A DNA stretch of 64,000 nt from a virus, in the IMG/VR virus record IMGVR_UViG_3300026522_000001, positions 1 through 64,000 of that record. One strand, written 5' to 3'. The translations under genes were made by a program, and so were the position numbers. Positions 44,600 to 54,650 of this stretch are shown here, in pieces; position 1 is the stretch's first letter, and each line of letters begins with the position of its first letter. Under the pieces are notes generated by a model that saw nothing but the letters and a program-made list of their open reading frames with translations, was not told the DNA's origin and ran no database searches.

Positions 44600-45811
44600 T
44601 TACCACTCAGGTAGATATTCACCTTTACCGCTCTGTGCATCAGAAACACGCTCGATTGCTGTAACCTTTGCATATGGGAACTGTGGGTGGTGTTCTGAAT
44701 CGTCCAAAAAGTCAATTTTTAGCTTATAAGAGCCAAAATCACTTGAGATAAGACCTGAAAGGTCGCCATCAGGCTGCACTTTGACCTTCCAACCTTCTAT
44801 TGTATAGTTGATACCAACATTAGCGTCACCAACAAATAGAAGTTCACCTTCAATATCTCCTGCGTCACCTAGTGAAACATTTGAGAATGTTCTTTCAGGA
44901 ACAGATGCACTAACTAGAACTGTGTCACCTGTCTTTAGTGAACCATTTGGAAGGAATCTTATGATACCTGCTCTTGCATCTTGTTCAGAGCAATCATAGT
45001 CTACACCTTTTACATATGCTGTCTTTGGTGCTACTATTTTTACTTCTGCCATTACACCTGAACTAAATGCTGTAAAAGAATCACTACTAGTTAGTGTTAT
45101 TACTGCTTTTGCACCACTTGCAAGAGTAAATGTTTCTGTTGTACCTGTTGTAGCTGTATACTTCTGTGCCGCGCCTGTAATACCTTCTTTGAAAGTTATT
45201 ACTAGCCCTGCAACATCACCATTAGCTGTGTTTGCTGTGTCTACACTAAAGAATAGTCTTTCATCTGTGCCTGTTGCATAAGCAGTTGCATCAATCTGTA
45301 TTTTACCACCTTTATCATCTGTTAGTGTAGAACCTGTAAAGTTCATAGAAGATGGCGCTGTCTTTACTGTTGCTGTTGCTTTACCTGCACCAACAGGCTT
45401 AACAACAATATCCTTTACATCATAGTATCTATTACCATCTGCATCTGTTAGTGTTATGATTCCTGGAACACTTGCAAGAGTATATGATTCATTAGTTAGT
45501 GTTACCGCTTCTTGCTTTGTTATTGCTTCCTCACCATAAAGACCGAGTGCAAGGTCATATGGGTTGTATTCTGTTAGTGTAAGAGAAGCACTAGGCTTAA
45601 CTGCTGTTGTAACTGTTGCCATTAGCGTTCTCTTTCTATTCATTGAACTGTTCTTTTCGACTGTTGTTACGTCTACTGTAATATTAAATTCATCAACATT
45701 GCCTAGATGGTGGAATCCGTTTGAATCCTTTGATGCACTCTTACGATTAAACCAAACTTCACCCGCCCCTACGAGGAGATCGGAAGCTAGACTTTGTGCC
45801 TGATTACTCAA
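44600..45811 (-). CDS. Major tail (tube) protein with C-terminal Ig-like extension (TTG start)
   Basis: 403 aa; position between neck genes and chaperone; Thr/Ala/Gly-rich beta composition; GGGAGG SD. Confidence 0.65.
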   Translation of the reverse strand: MSNQAQSLASDLLVGAGEVWFNRKSASKDSNGFHHLGNVDEFNITVDVTTVEKNSSMNRKRTLMATVTTAVKPSASLTLTEYNPYDLALGLYGEEAITKQEAVTLTNESYTLASVPGIITLTDADGNRYYDVKDIVVKPVGAGKATATVKTAPSSMNFTGSTLTDDKGGKIQIDATAYATGTDERLFFSVDTANTANGDVAGLVITFKEGITGAAQKYTATTGTTETFTLASGAKAVITLTSSDSFTAFSSGVMAEVKIVAPKTAYVKGVDYDCSEQDARAGIIRFLPNGSLKTGDTVLVSASVPERTFSNVSLGDAGDIEGELLFVGDANVGINYTIEGWKVKVQPDGDLSGLISSDFGSYKLKIDFLDDSEHHPQFPYAKVTAIERVSDAQSGKGEYLPEW

Positions 45812-45813
45812 TA

Positions 45814-47460
45814 TTATTCCTCCCTTAAATTAAACAACCATTTTGTGTTGCCACTTCTATATACCTGACTTGCATTTAATTTTGTCATTACATAAATTTC
45901 TTTATTTGAAGCATTTTCTTTTAATGCTTCATTATAGATGTCTTTATACATTTCTTTTAGGTATTTTAACTGGCATTTTTCTCTTTTAAGCTCTACGCCG
46001 TTTAAGTACCAATAGTATCTAGGGTTTGTATACCCACTAAATGTATATCCTAGTCTATTGTAGATATTACCACTAAAGAAATCATTATCAGAATAGCTTA
46101 CTATTTGTTTTACATTGTGTGTTCTTTCAAAATACTTGTGTAATTTATTTGCCCCACCGACTACTGTATAGCCGTCCTTTACACAATATCTGTGTAATTC
46201 GTAGTAACCTTCTTTATTTTTAACAAATCTTTGATTACCAAAACACATTACACTAATCAATTCATTGTTATAGTATAAACCATAAATATATTTTGAAAGT
46301 CCTTTTCTTGAAGCCCCTTGTAAATGATATTTATTACAAAAGTCTTTATATGTCTCATAGTCTACATGTACTAGAGCGCATTTTCTTGCATATACCACTT
46401 TATTCTTTGTTAGCAATGATTTTAGATACATTTTAATCTTTTGTTTGTTTGATTCCCAGTCAACATCAAAGATATTTATTAAATGTACTCCTTTTTCTTT
46501 TGCTAATTTAAATTTATTAAAATGATATAGCTTGTCAACATTATCATATACGGAATTTACTGTTGCATGAAACATACTTCCATTATATTCTATACCTAAT
46601 TTATATTCAGGTAAATACAAGTCTATTTCTTTACCATCAAGAATTTCTCTTGTTTTTTCTATCTTTATATTTTTATTTAGTGATAATATATAATTTTTAA
46701 TTTCTAATTCTTCACTAGAACCTTCTTTTGCTATTGAAATGCAACCACAAGACTTGACTTCGCCGCGCATTACATATATTTTCTTTGCAATTATTTCATT
46801 ACCACAATCGCATCTAAATTTCCAGTAATGCCTTTTATCATCGCCCACATGGTCGAAACATATAGCTGTTAAATGATTGAATTTTTTATCCGTAATATCA
46901 ATAGTTCTTTCTTCATCTCGTAAACATCCACAAGACTTAGACCTCCCTGCTAATAACTTAGCTTTTTCTACTACTGATGTATTTCCACAATCACACCTAC
47001 ATAACCATTTTGCATCACCAACATAGGAAACTACTGTAAACCTACCAAATCTTCTACCAATAAATGAAGTGTCAATCTTTTTTCTACTACACCCACAAGA
47101 ATAATCTTTATCGTTCTTATGTGATATTAAGTAACTTCTTTTCTTTGTTGTGTAGTTTCCACATTCACACTTACATTTCCACAAGTCATTACCTAAATAT
47201 TCAACAATGGTAAGTTTCCCTATCTTTTTATTTAATAGGTCTTTGTTAAAGTTTTTTCTTTGTGCTTTCTTTCTTTGCTCTTTTCTAAAACACCCACAAG
47301 AAATTACCTTACCAGTATTTAGCAATGAACCTTGTACGGTTGTGTAATTTCCACAATCGCATTTACATAGCCATGCAGTCCGCCCGTTCTTCTTGCCATT
47401 CTCTCGAATAACTGTTAGTCTGCCAAACCGCTTTCCTGAAAGTTCTAGCTTTCGTCCCAC
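45814..47460 (-). CDS. Free-standing homing-endonuclease-like protein, paralog of ORF 42577-44382 (4 zinc-ribbon repeats, GTG start)
   Basis: 548 aa; EIDLYLPEYKLGIEYNGSMFHA; LHRYCVKDGYTVVGGANKLHK and PRYYWYLNGVELKREKCQLKYLK nearly identical to the paralog. Confidence 0.6.
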   Translation of the reverse strand: MGRKLELSGKRFGRLTVIRENGKKNGRTAWLCKCDCGNYTTVQGSLLNTGKVISCGCFRKEQRKKAQRKNFNKDLLNKKIGKLTIVEYLGNDLWKCKCECGNYTTKKRSYLISHKNDKDYSCGCSRKKIDTSFIGRRFGRFTVVSYVGDAKWLCRCDCGNTSVVEKAKLLAGRSKSCGCLRDEERTIDITDKKFNHLTAICFDHVGDDKRHYWKFRCDCGNEIIAKKIYVMRGEVKSCGCISIAKEGSSEELEIKNYILSLNKNIKIEKTREILDGKEIDLYLPEYKLGIEYNGSMFHATVNSVYDNVDKLYHFNKFKLAKEKGVHLINIFDVDWESNKQKIKMYLKSLLTKNKVVYARKCALVHVDYETYKDFCNKYHLQGASRKGLSKYIYGLYYNNELISVMCFGNQRFVKNKEGYYELHRYCVKDGYTVVGGANKLHKYFERTHNVKQIVSYSDNDFFSGNIYNRLGYTFSGYTNPRYYWYLNGVELKREKCQLKYLKEMYKDIYNEALKENASNKEIYVMTKLNASQVYRSGNTKWLFNLREE

Positions 47461-47484
47461 TTTTCATTTCCCCTCTCACTATGT

Positions 47485-47513
47485 ATTATACCACATTTTG
47501 AGGGAAATTTCAA
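47485..47513 (-). promoter_or_regulatory. Own promoter of the 548-aa endonuclease-like gene
   Basis: Minus strand TTGAAA-N17-TGgTATAAT. Confidence 0.5.
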
Positions 47514-47576
47514 CTCCAAAACTCTAACCACCATTTAGCATATTTATATGCAAACATTTTCTTTATTTTATTTTTT

Positions 47577-48062
47577 TTATAATCTATTTTTGCGCCATTC
47601 TATATCTAAAACATAGCGTGCTGAAACTGAAACTGGAGCATTTGTATCTCCATCGCTCAATACTGCTAATGGATTTAGCTTCATCACTATTCCATTGTCT
47701 GCCATGTATCTTTGAAATACAGGTAATAGTTGAGTTATTTCTTGTTCTATTTCATATACTTGCCGATAACAGGAGTCGTCGTAATCGTTCTCTCCATCTT
47801 CTGCCGCACCTTTTACATACATATCTATCCATAACTGAACTATTGCTCCGTTTACCCTGTCCTGTTTATCTAATGATTCTTCTGAACCAAATAGTATCCA
47901 TATTGCAGGATATTCGCCTGTATTACCTGCGCCTACTCTTATTATTAAGTCATCTCTATCAACTAGAGATGGAAATAATATAGAACCATCACTCTTTTTA
48001 TAGTTTCTCAAAAAATTTCTTAGCGTCATAGCTATTGTATACCAATTAACTTCATGTAACAA
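47577..48062 (-). CDS. Neck/tail-completion protein (by position)
   Basis: 161-aa ORF between the head-tail joining genes and the tube module. Confidence 0.45.
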   Translation of the reverse strand: MLHEVNWYTIAMTLRNFLRNYKKSDGSILFPSLVDRDDLIIRVGAGNTGEYPAIWILFGSEESLDKQDRVNGAIVQLWIDMYVKGAAEDGENDYDDSCYRQVYEIEQEITQLLPVFQRYMADNGIVMKLNPLAVLSDGDTNAPVSVSARYVLDIEWRKNRL

Positions 48063-48076
48063 TTTTGTTTCACTCC

Positions 48077-48463
48077 TTAATTTCTATACACAGCCATTGT
48101 ACTAGGAAACTTTCTTCTTTTAGCACTATTACCATCTTTGAAGCTATCAGCTGTTATTTTTGATTCAAGCTCATCTAATAAAGATTTATATAGTCTATAC
48201 TTTAATGAAAAACTGTCATTATTTGCATCTTTACCAACACTAAATGTTGCTTTTCTTTGCGCCGCTGTCATATAAGCAAATGTCTGTGCAAGTCTGCTTA
48301 TTGGATATGGTGTAGGATTAGCAATATCTTTTGGCAAGATGTTAAATGTTAGTGCTAATGATTCTATATACTTAGATGATTCCTCTACTATAGCAGGGGT
48401 TACATAAGTTTTTAAGAGAGCATCATCTAAGTTTTTTGAATTAAAATATTCTCTATTAGCCAT
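48077..48463 (-). CDS. Head-tail connector/adaptor protein (by position)
   Basis: 128-aa ORF overlapping the upstream gene by 8 nt. Confidence 0.45.
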   Translation of the reverse strand: MANREYFNSKNLDDALLKTYVTPAIVEESSKYIESLALTFNILPKDIANPTPYPISRLAQTFAYMTAAQRKATFSVGKDANNDSFSLKYRLYKSLLDELESKITADSFKDGNSAKRRKFPSTMAVYRN

Positions 48464-48992
48464 TAAGTAACCTCTCTAAGTTTTTGCTAAAAATCTTACT
48501 TATAGAAACAGACTTCTTTGCATTTATTACAGGTTTTTCTAAGTCTATTGGCGATGTACCCGGATGAAGTACTCTATGAACAACTATATATTTATCCATT
48601 TTCTCCCAATAAAACTTTAGCTTTTTATGTGGTGTATATTTACCAACTATCTCATGTGGTCTTGTACCATTCTGCACATATGGAGCATAATAATAATCTT
48701 TACCATGTTCTCTATGTACAGCTATTCTTTCGTTTATATATATAGTACCACCTTTTGCACCGTTTACTAACCTATATTGTATTGCTCGTTCTAGTCTGCC
48801 GCTTCTTGTCTTAAAAGAAGGATGGTGATGTCTTGCATACATAGTAATTTTTTCACAGGCTTCTACTAGACTGTCTCTTATAAAAGCATTGATGTCAACA
48901 TCTTTTATAATCCCTTCTTCTAGTCCTTTTGAAAGTTTATTTCTAAACTTAACTGCAACCCTACTACCTACATTATTAAGTATATCTGCCAC
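48456..48992 (-). CDS. HK97 gp10-family head-tail joining protein
   Basis: 178 aa; FKTRSGRLERAIQY...YAPYVQNGTRPH pattern. Confidence 0.55.
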   Translation of the reverse strand: MADILNNVGSRVAVKFRNKLSKGLEEGIIKDVDINAFIRDSLVEACEKITMYARHHHPSFKTRSGRLERAIQYRLVNGAKGGTIYINERIAVHREHGKDYYYAPYVQNGTRPHEIVGKYTPHKKLKFYWEKMDKYIVVHRVLHPGTSPIDLEKPVINAKKSVSISKIFSKNLERLLNG

Positions 48993-49016
48993 AACATCAC
49001 CACTTTCTTAAACTTA

Positions 49017-50066
49017 TTAGTTTACAGAAGCAATTAGGATTGAACCTGCACCACTCTCAACGTCTGTGCTAAAGGATGGCAAGCAAATCTGAGAAACGAT
49101 TGTCTCAACATTAACAGGGTGCTCTATTGTACGTGTAAATACTGCTACACCTGTATCAATGATGCTAACTGCATTATTCTGCTTATTGAGAAGGTCTGCT
49201 TCCTCTGGTGTTGTACCCATGAACATGTTACCAATCACGCCGTTACCAACTGGAAGAAGTGTAACAACATCATCAGGGAAGAATGTCTTTGGTGTGCCAC
49301 CAACTGCATCTCTATAAGAGTTATCATTGATAAGAACAGTTAGTCCTGTAAACTTCTGAATTGCACTCTTAACTTCTGCCGCTGTGACAAGAGGTGCATT
49401 TACTGCATTTGGATAAAGTGCCTGCTTAACTTCCTTAGAAGCCTTGATAAGATTAAATGTCTTTGTTGTCATTACTGCGTAACCAAGTGCAATACGGAAG
49501 TCTGTTCTAAATTGGTCAACCCAATTCATCAGATCTTCTAGTGGTTTGCTGTTTTCAGTATCTTCCCACTTAACAGAAGCCTTTGTCTTTTGCTTACGAT
49601 TTAGCTTGTAGTCATATGCAAGACGAACACCATTACCAACAATATCAATCTTACCAGTTGAGATAAGTTGCATTGCCATGCGTTCGCGCTGTGCTCTTGC
49701 ACCACGGATTAGGTTGTTGGTATCATCAAAGATGTTTGCAACAATTCCTTCTAGTACGCTATCATTGGAGATTGCCATGATTTGCTGTCTAGTTTCCTCG
49801 TCAACCTTCATTCTTTCACGGAAGAATGGCATCTTTGATTTCTGGAGTTCAACAGACTGTCTATCACGGTATGTTGCCTGTGTATCAAAAGCACTTGGCT
49901 TTAGAGTAACAGGAAGTCCTGCATATCCGCTAATCTTATTTATTTCAAGCCCCATAACCTTCTTCTTTGGGAAAAGGTAATCAGAAAGATAAGTTGTCTG
50001 ATTTGCTTTTGTATTATCCCAATATGCTACAATATTTTGTGGGGTAACAATATCAAAAATATTCAC
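49017..50066 (-). CDS. Major capsid protein (lambda gpE-like family)
   Basis: 349 aa; follows the scaffold and decoration genes; N-terminal IVAYWDN...YLSDYLFPKKKVMGLEI resembles Phage_cap_E. Confidence 0.75.
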   Translation of the reverse strand: MNIFDIVTPQNIVAYWDNTKANQTTYLSDYLFPKKKVMGLEINKISGYAGLPVTLKPSAFDTQATYRDRQSVELQKSKMPFFRERMKVDEETRQQIMAISNDSVLEGIVANIFDDTNNLIRGARAQRERMAMQLISTGKIDIVGNGVRLAYDYKLNRKQKTKASVKWEDTENSKPLEDLMNWVDQFRTDFRIALGYAVMTTKTFNLIKASKEVKQALYPNAVNAPLVTAAEVKSAIQKFTGLTVLINDNSYRDAVGGTPKTFFPDDVVTLLPVGNGVIGNMFMGTTPEEADLLNKQNNAVSIIDTGVAVFTRTIEHPVNVETIVSQICLPSFSTDVESGAGSILIASVN

Positions 50067-50089
50067 TATTATTTTTCCTCCCTCTTATA

Positions 50090-50818
50090 TTAGTCCTTAC
50101 GACCAAATACGATATGTGGTAGCTTTGCTTTTACTGCCGCACTTGGAACACTTGGCATATTATCTACATTGATATAGCCATGAATAATAAGTGCTCCTGT
50201 TGCTTCACCATCTGTAACATCTACACTGTGATAAAGAATACCGTCGATGTCTCCATCTACTGTTGCATCTCCACCCTTTGAAAGTGGCGCGGCTACTGCT
50301 TCTGCCGCTAGAGCATCTTCACCAACACCGGCCGCGAGTTCTGCTGTTACAAAAGTATTAGCAACAATATCGTCATTGATTGCATCGACAACCTCTTTAT
50401 ATGTGGTTGTGATAGCACCTGCCTTGTCTACTGCAAGAGTAACAACTAGTGCCTTTGTTTTAACATCAAAATTAACAGAAAGTGCACGCTTTGTTCCTTT
50501 TGTAAATGCTACTGTATAAGCACTAAGGTCGCCCTCATCCTTTGCTGTAACAACAACACTAGAATTTACTGTTAGTGCTGACTTTGTAACTTTTTCCTTA
50601 ACTGCTACTGCTTCTTGCTGTGGATTAACTAGAAGTGAACCTTCCTTACCATAAAGATATGTGCCTTGTGGAATAATATAATGTCCATCAACAGGTGTAA
50701 TATCTGCAATGGTATCTTTTGAAACTGTTACAGGACGTGCAACATACCCCTCGCTGACAAGAAGTAGTTCTTTATCATCCAAGCCTGTAACTGGACTTTT
50801 TCCAAAATTTACTGCCAT
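50090..50818 (-). CDS. Head decoration protein
   Basis: 242 aa, Ala/Val/Thr-rich, immediately upstream of the major capsid gene. Confidence 0.55.
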   Translation of the reverse strand: MAVNFGKSPVTGLDDKELLLVSEGYVARPVTVSKDTIADITPVDGHYIIPQGTYLYGKEGSLLVNPQQEAVAVKEKVTKSALTVNSSVVVTAKDEGDLSAYTVAFTKGTKRALSVNFDVKTKALVVTLAVDKAGAITTTYKEVVDAINDDIVANTFVTAELAAGVGEDALAAEAVAAPLSKGGDATVDGDIDGILYHSVDVTDGEATGALIIHGYINVDNMPSVPSAAVKAKLPHIVFGRKD

Positions 50819-50865
50819 ATTTATTATGTCCTCCTTAAATATTAAATTTATTATATATTATCCGA

Positions 50866-51630
50866 TTAGCCAAATGTTTCAGCTAAACTTGCTCCGTCAC
50901 CATTTTCATTGCCGGAATTGTTATCACCAATAATCTTTGACATAAAATCACTAACACCAGTGTTAGCTCCATTGCCATTAGAACCATTTGAACCAAATCC
51001 ACTATGTACTTGTTTTTCAATAAATGCACTATTAGATTCATCATTTGCGAAGTCTGCAATATAATCAGCAATAGAAAGTTCCGAACCATCATCACCTGTA
51101 ATCATAACAGTCTTGCCGTCCTTGTCTACTGTTGCTCTACTGCTAAACATATCAACAAACATGTCAGGCTTAATTACATGATTCTTTTCAAGCTCTTTTC
51201 TAATAGCTGTCTTTTTAACTCCATCAATTCTCATTTTCTGTTCTTTGGTGAGATTTTCTGTAAGTTCAGAAATCTGCTTTGCATCCTTTTCTGTTTGACG
51301 CTTTAGCTTTGTAAGCTCTCTATTGAGTTCCTTAATCTCATCAGGTGTAGCTCCACCACCTGCTTCTTTTAGCATTTCATCTTTCTTTTCTTGAATCATT
51401 GTGTCAATATCTTCTGCTTCAAAGTCAAGATTAAATGCTTTCTTTACAATATCTAGCTTTTCTAGGCTTGCCTTATTATCCTCTAGGGACTTGTTAGATG
51501 CTTCTAGGTCTTTCTTTGCCTTGTTAAGCTCTCTCTGTTGAGCATTATATTCTTTCTTTAGAATACTTGCCTTATCCTTATTTTCATCTGTATCAAGCCC
51601 AAGTGCCTTTGTAAGTTCTTCTAGTGTCAT
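50866..51630 (-). CDS. Capsid scaffolding protein
   Basis: Coiled-coil, Lys/Glu-rich. Start set at MTLEEL (GGAGGA SD), because the consensus promoter 51684-51712 would place the transcription start at about 51677. The longest ORF runs to 51678. Confidence 0.65.
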   Translation of the reverse strand: MTLEELTKALGLDTDENKDKASILKKEYNAQQRELNKAKKDLEASNKSLEDNKASLEKLDIVKKAFNLDFEAEDIDTMIQEKKDEMLKEAGGGATPDEIKELNRELTKLKRQTEKDAKQISELTENLTKEQKMRIDGVKKTAIRKELEKNHVIKPDMFVDMFSSRATVDKDGKTVMITGDDGSELSIADYIADFANDESNSAFIEKQVHSGFGSNGSNGNGANTGVSDFMSKIIGDNNSGNENGDGASLAETFG

Positions 51631-51683
51631 ATTTATCTTTTCCTCCGTAATAAAAATCTTTTTATAATTTTCATTCATTATAT

Positions 51684-51712
51684 ATTATAACATATTTTTA
51701 ATAATTTGTCAA
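51684..51712 (-). promoter_or_regulatory. Consensus promoter upstream of the scaffold gene
   Basis: Minus strand TTGACA (51707-51712)-N17-TATAAT (51684-51689). Confidence 0.55.
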
Positions 51713-51787
51713 TACCTGTAAATATATATAAAAGTGTGTATAAAATCTCGTTATTAAACATATACAAATAATACATATTATTACCTC

Positions 51788-53260
51788 TTATACCGCTGTT
51801 GGCTGAACTGTCTTTATTGTACCTGCTTCTATTCCAGTACCCTTTTCAGGATTCTTCTCTAGGTCATTTATTACTTCTGTTACAACACTATTGTCAACAT
51901 CTTGAAGTACACTTCTTATTACCTGCTTCTTTACTTCTATATTAAATCCTTCGCAAATATTCATCGCTAAAGAAGAAGTAGCATTTGCAAGAACACTTGA
52001 AGCGTCTGTAACACTAAAGTTTTTATTATATACTACTGATATGTTATCAAGACTTTCACCAACATATAGCCCAAATATCTTTGCTATCTTTTTTTCTACT
52101 TCTTGTAGCCCATTAGCTAATTCTGTCAATGACTGATATAGCTGTTGGTTCATCATCTGCATAGCCGCACCAGAAACATTTGAAACATACTGTTGCTGTG
52201 TAAACTGCATGTTTGCCATTCTATAAATTTCTTTTATTAACATAGAAATTTCATTACTTATCATATCAGAAGCATGTGTATTAGGGCAAATCCATTCAGG
52301 TTTCTGACTACCATTTCTATATAATAGCAAATCAGAAGTTCCTATGTTTAGTGAATCAACATCTTCATAATCATCATCTTCACCTACTGGGTATACTAAT
52401 AGGTTAAATGCCTGATTACGTGTAATTTCTCTCCATTCACTGCAAGCATTAAACAGAGCTAAATTAGTTCTTGCTATTGCATACATATCAGATTGTGGAA
52501 TTAAATCATCACTATTATTTATAGTCCCATAGACAGGTATCATTGGTATAATACCAATAGTATTATCAAACTTTTCTGTATTGCCATCATAGCTTTTAAT
52601 ACAAAATTCTTTTGTCAATGTCCATGTCTCAAACATGGTTTTCTTATTACCTTCGCTGTCTATTGTATCATTCTCCACACTATATTTAATGTATACAAGT
52701 CTACCAAATTTATCTACAACATAATCTTCTATGTTTGCTGGACTAACTAAATATAGATATGGATATAGTCTATCATCAATAAATTTCTTTTTTGTTACAA
52801 CAGTAGTTTCATCTATTCTTGGTGCGTCTATTACAATAAATTCAACCCCATGTAGCTTTGCTCTTATAGCCGCTTTTTTCATAAATCTTGTCAATGATGT
52901 TCCGTTTCCATCAACGTCTGATAAAAACAAATTATAAGTTGATGAAATGTTCTGCCTAACAGGTTCATTCTTAAAAATAAGATTTATATTTGCATCTACT
53001 ATCGGCTTTACATAATTTATGAAATATGACATGTTCTTACGTCTTGTATATTTCTCTGCTGTTTCTCTCGGATGAGGAATTAAAGCATCTCCTGTTTCAA
53101 ACATACCATTTGCTCTATAAGCATCATCAAGTAATTTATATTTGTTAAATGGAGCACCACTATATGAAGCCATCAACTGATTTATTGTCTCATTATATTT
53201 CTTTTCAGTATATTCATGCTCACCTTTTAACGTGGAATACCTTTCACCTATTTGTGACAT
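51788..53260 (-). CDS. Portal protein
   Basis: 490-aa ORF between the large terminase and scaffold genes. Confidence 0.7.
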   Translation of the reverse strand: MSQIGERYSTLKGEHEYTEKKYNETINQLMASYSGAPFNKYKLLDDAYRANGMFETGDALIPHPRETAEKYTRRKNMSYFINYVKPIVDANINLIFKNEPVRQNISSTYNLFLSDVDGNGTSLTRFMKKAAIRAKLHGVEFIVIDAPRIDETTVVTKKKFIDDRLYPYLYLVSPANIEDYVVDKFGRLVYIKYSVENDTIDSEGNKKTMFETWTLTKEFCIKSYDGNTEKFDNTIGIIPMIPVYGTINNSDDLIPQSDMYAIARTNLALFNACSEWREITRNQAFNLLVYPVGEDDDYEDVDSLNIGTSDLLLYRNGSQKPEWICPNTHASDMISNEISMLIKEIYRMANMQFTQQQYVSNVSGAAMQMMNQQLYQSLTELANGLQEVEKKIAKIFGLYVGESLDNISVVYNKNFSVTDASSVLANATSSLAMNICEGFNIEVKKQVIRSVLQDVDNSVVTEVINDLEKNPEKGTGIEAGTIKTVQPTAV

Positions 53261-53289
53261 CTAATTATATTCACCAACTTTCAAAATCA

Positions 53290-54636
53290 TTACAGGCCTA
53301 TACGGCGTGTAACATTTTCCATAGAATGTACTCTCTGTGTTTCCATTACTAAATATCTTAATGCATCGCAAGCGTGGTCATTAACCTTGCATGGACTATC
53401 TATACCTAACTGTTGTTTTTTTGAATCCCAACTATATGTATGTAATTCTTGTATTAGATTTGTACATTCTTTACTTATATATAATTTACCTTGTGAAAAC
53501 AATGTGGCTACTGTTCTTATTCCATCTAATACATCGTTATTAGCATTTTTTGTTTTCATATGGTATCTTCTTAACTGTAACTTAAAGCTATTTGCCGCAG
53601 GGTCTACAATTATAGGAATTTCTCTATATGTAAGCCCATCTGTTAAATATTCATTATCAGATATGAATTGTCTCATATCATTTGTATACTCAATATCTGT
53701 TTTTTGTGAATCATAGTCACCCTGTTCTTGAGCTTCTAATCTTCCTGCAAAATAATATTCTTTACATATATAAATATTTCCATTTATATCCTTAAAACCT
53801 AATTCAAAAGCTGTAGCATTTGCTGTTCCATAGTCTACACCAATATACCATTTTTCAGCCTTATCATAAGGTATATCGTCAGGATGTTTTATGTTTACTG
53901 GTGACAACATATCATATATTAGTCCATCAGCAACACACCATTTACCATCTATAAATCTACGTTTCCAAACACCACTATATAGCTGTTTGTATCTATCCTT
54001 TACTTCTTCTGAAAGTGAAGGGTTATCATCCATCGTGAAATGTAAATAGATTCCATTTATTTTTGGTAGCCTTTTTATTACATCTTTATAAAACCATGAC
54101 CAAGGACTACCAGGGTTTGAAGTAGTAAATATTTTTGCACCATCAACACTATGTCTTGCTACTAACTGATTATAGAACGATTCAGGCATTAGTACAACCT
54201 CGTCGATTAGTGAACAAGCAAGTGTTAAGCCCTGTACCATGTCTTGTGCTCTCTCATCTTTACCACCGAAGATATATACAAGATTACAAGTCTTTCCCTG
54301 ACGTAACTCTAAAAAGTTCTCACTTCTATGGTCTATTACTTCTATACCTAATGTTAAACATATTTGCTTTAGTGGATTTACTAAGTTTCTTCTTGCTGTC
54401 ATTACTGTCTTACCACTTATTGAAGCATTTTGATAGTTAAAATTTGACATTAAGAATAAAACAAAAGATGTTATAGCTACAACTGTTTTTCCTGAGCGGA
54501 CACTTCCGTCAGCTACACATATAAATTTATCTTTATATGGACTATCTTTTGTCCACCAAGATAATAATTCAAGTTGTTTTTTGCTAAATGGTTGAAACTT
54601 AAATGCTTTAGCAACAATACTCTTATTATTTGCCAT
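53290..54636 (-). CDS. Terminase large subunit (PBSX-type)
   Basis: 448 aa; Walker A ADGSVRSGKT, LIDEV Walker B-like, C-terminal nuclease-type acidic residues. Confidence 0.85.
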   Translation of the reverse strand: MANNKSIVAKAFKFQPFSKKQLELLSWWTKDSPYKDKFICVADGSVRSGKTVVAITSFVLFLMSNFNYQNASISGKTVMTARRNLVNPLKQICLTLGIEVIDHRSENFLELRQGKTCNLVYIFGGKDERAQDMVQGLTLACSLIDEVVLMPESFYNQLVARHSVDGAKIFTTSNPGSPWSWFYKDVIKRLPKINGIYLHFTMDDNPSLSEEVKDRYKQLYSGVWKRRFIDGKWCVADGLIYDMLSPVNIKHPDDIPYDKAEKWYIGVDYGTANATAFELGFKDINGNIYICKEYYFAGRLEAQEQGDYDSQKTDIEYTNDMRQFISDNEYLTDGLTYREIPIIVDPAANSFKLQLRRYHMKTKNANNDVLDGIRTVATLFSQGKLYISKECTNLIQELHTYSWDSKKQQLGIDSPCKVNDHACDALRYLVMETQRVHSMENVTRRIGL

Positions 54637-54650
54637 TCAAATCTTTTCCT

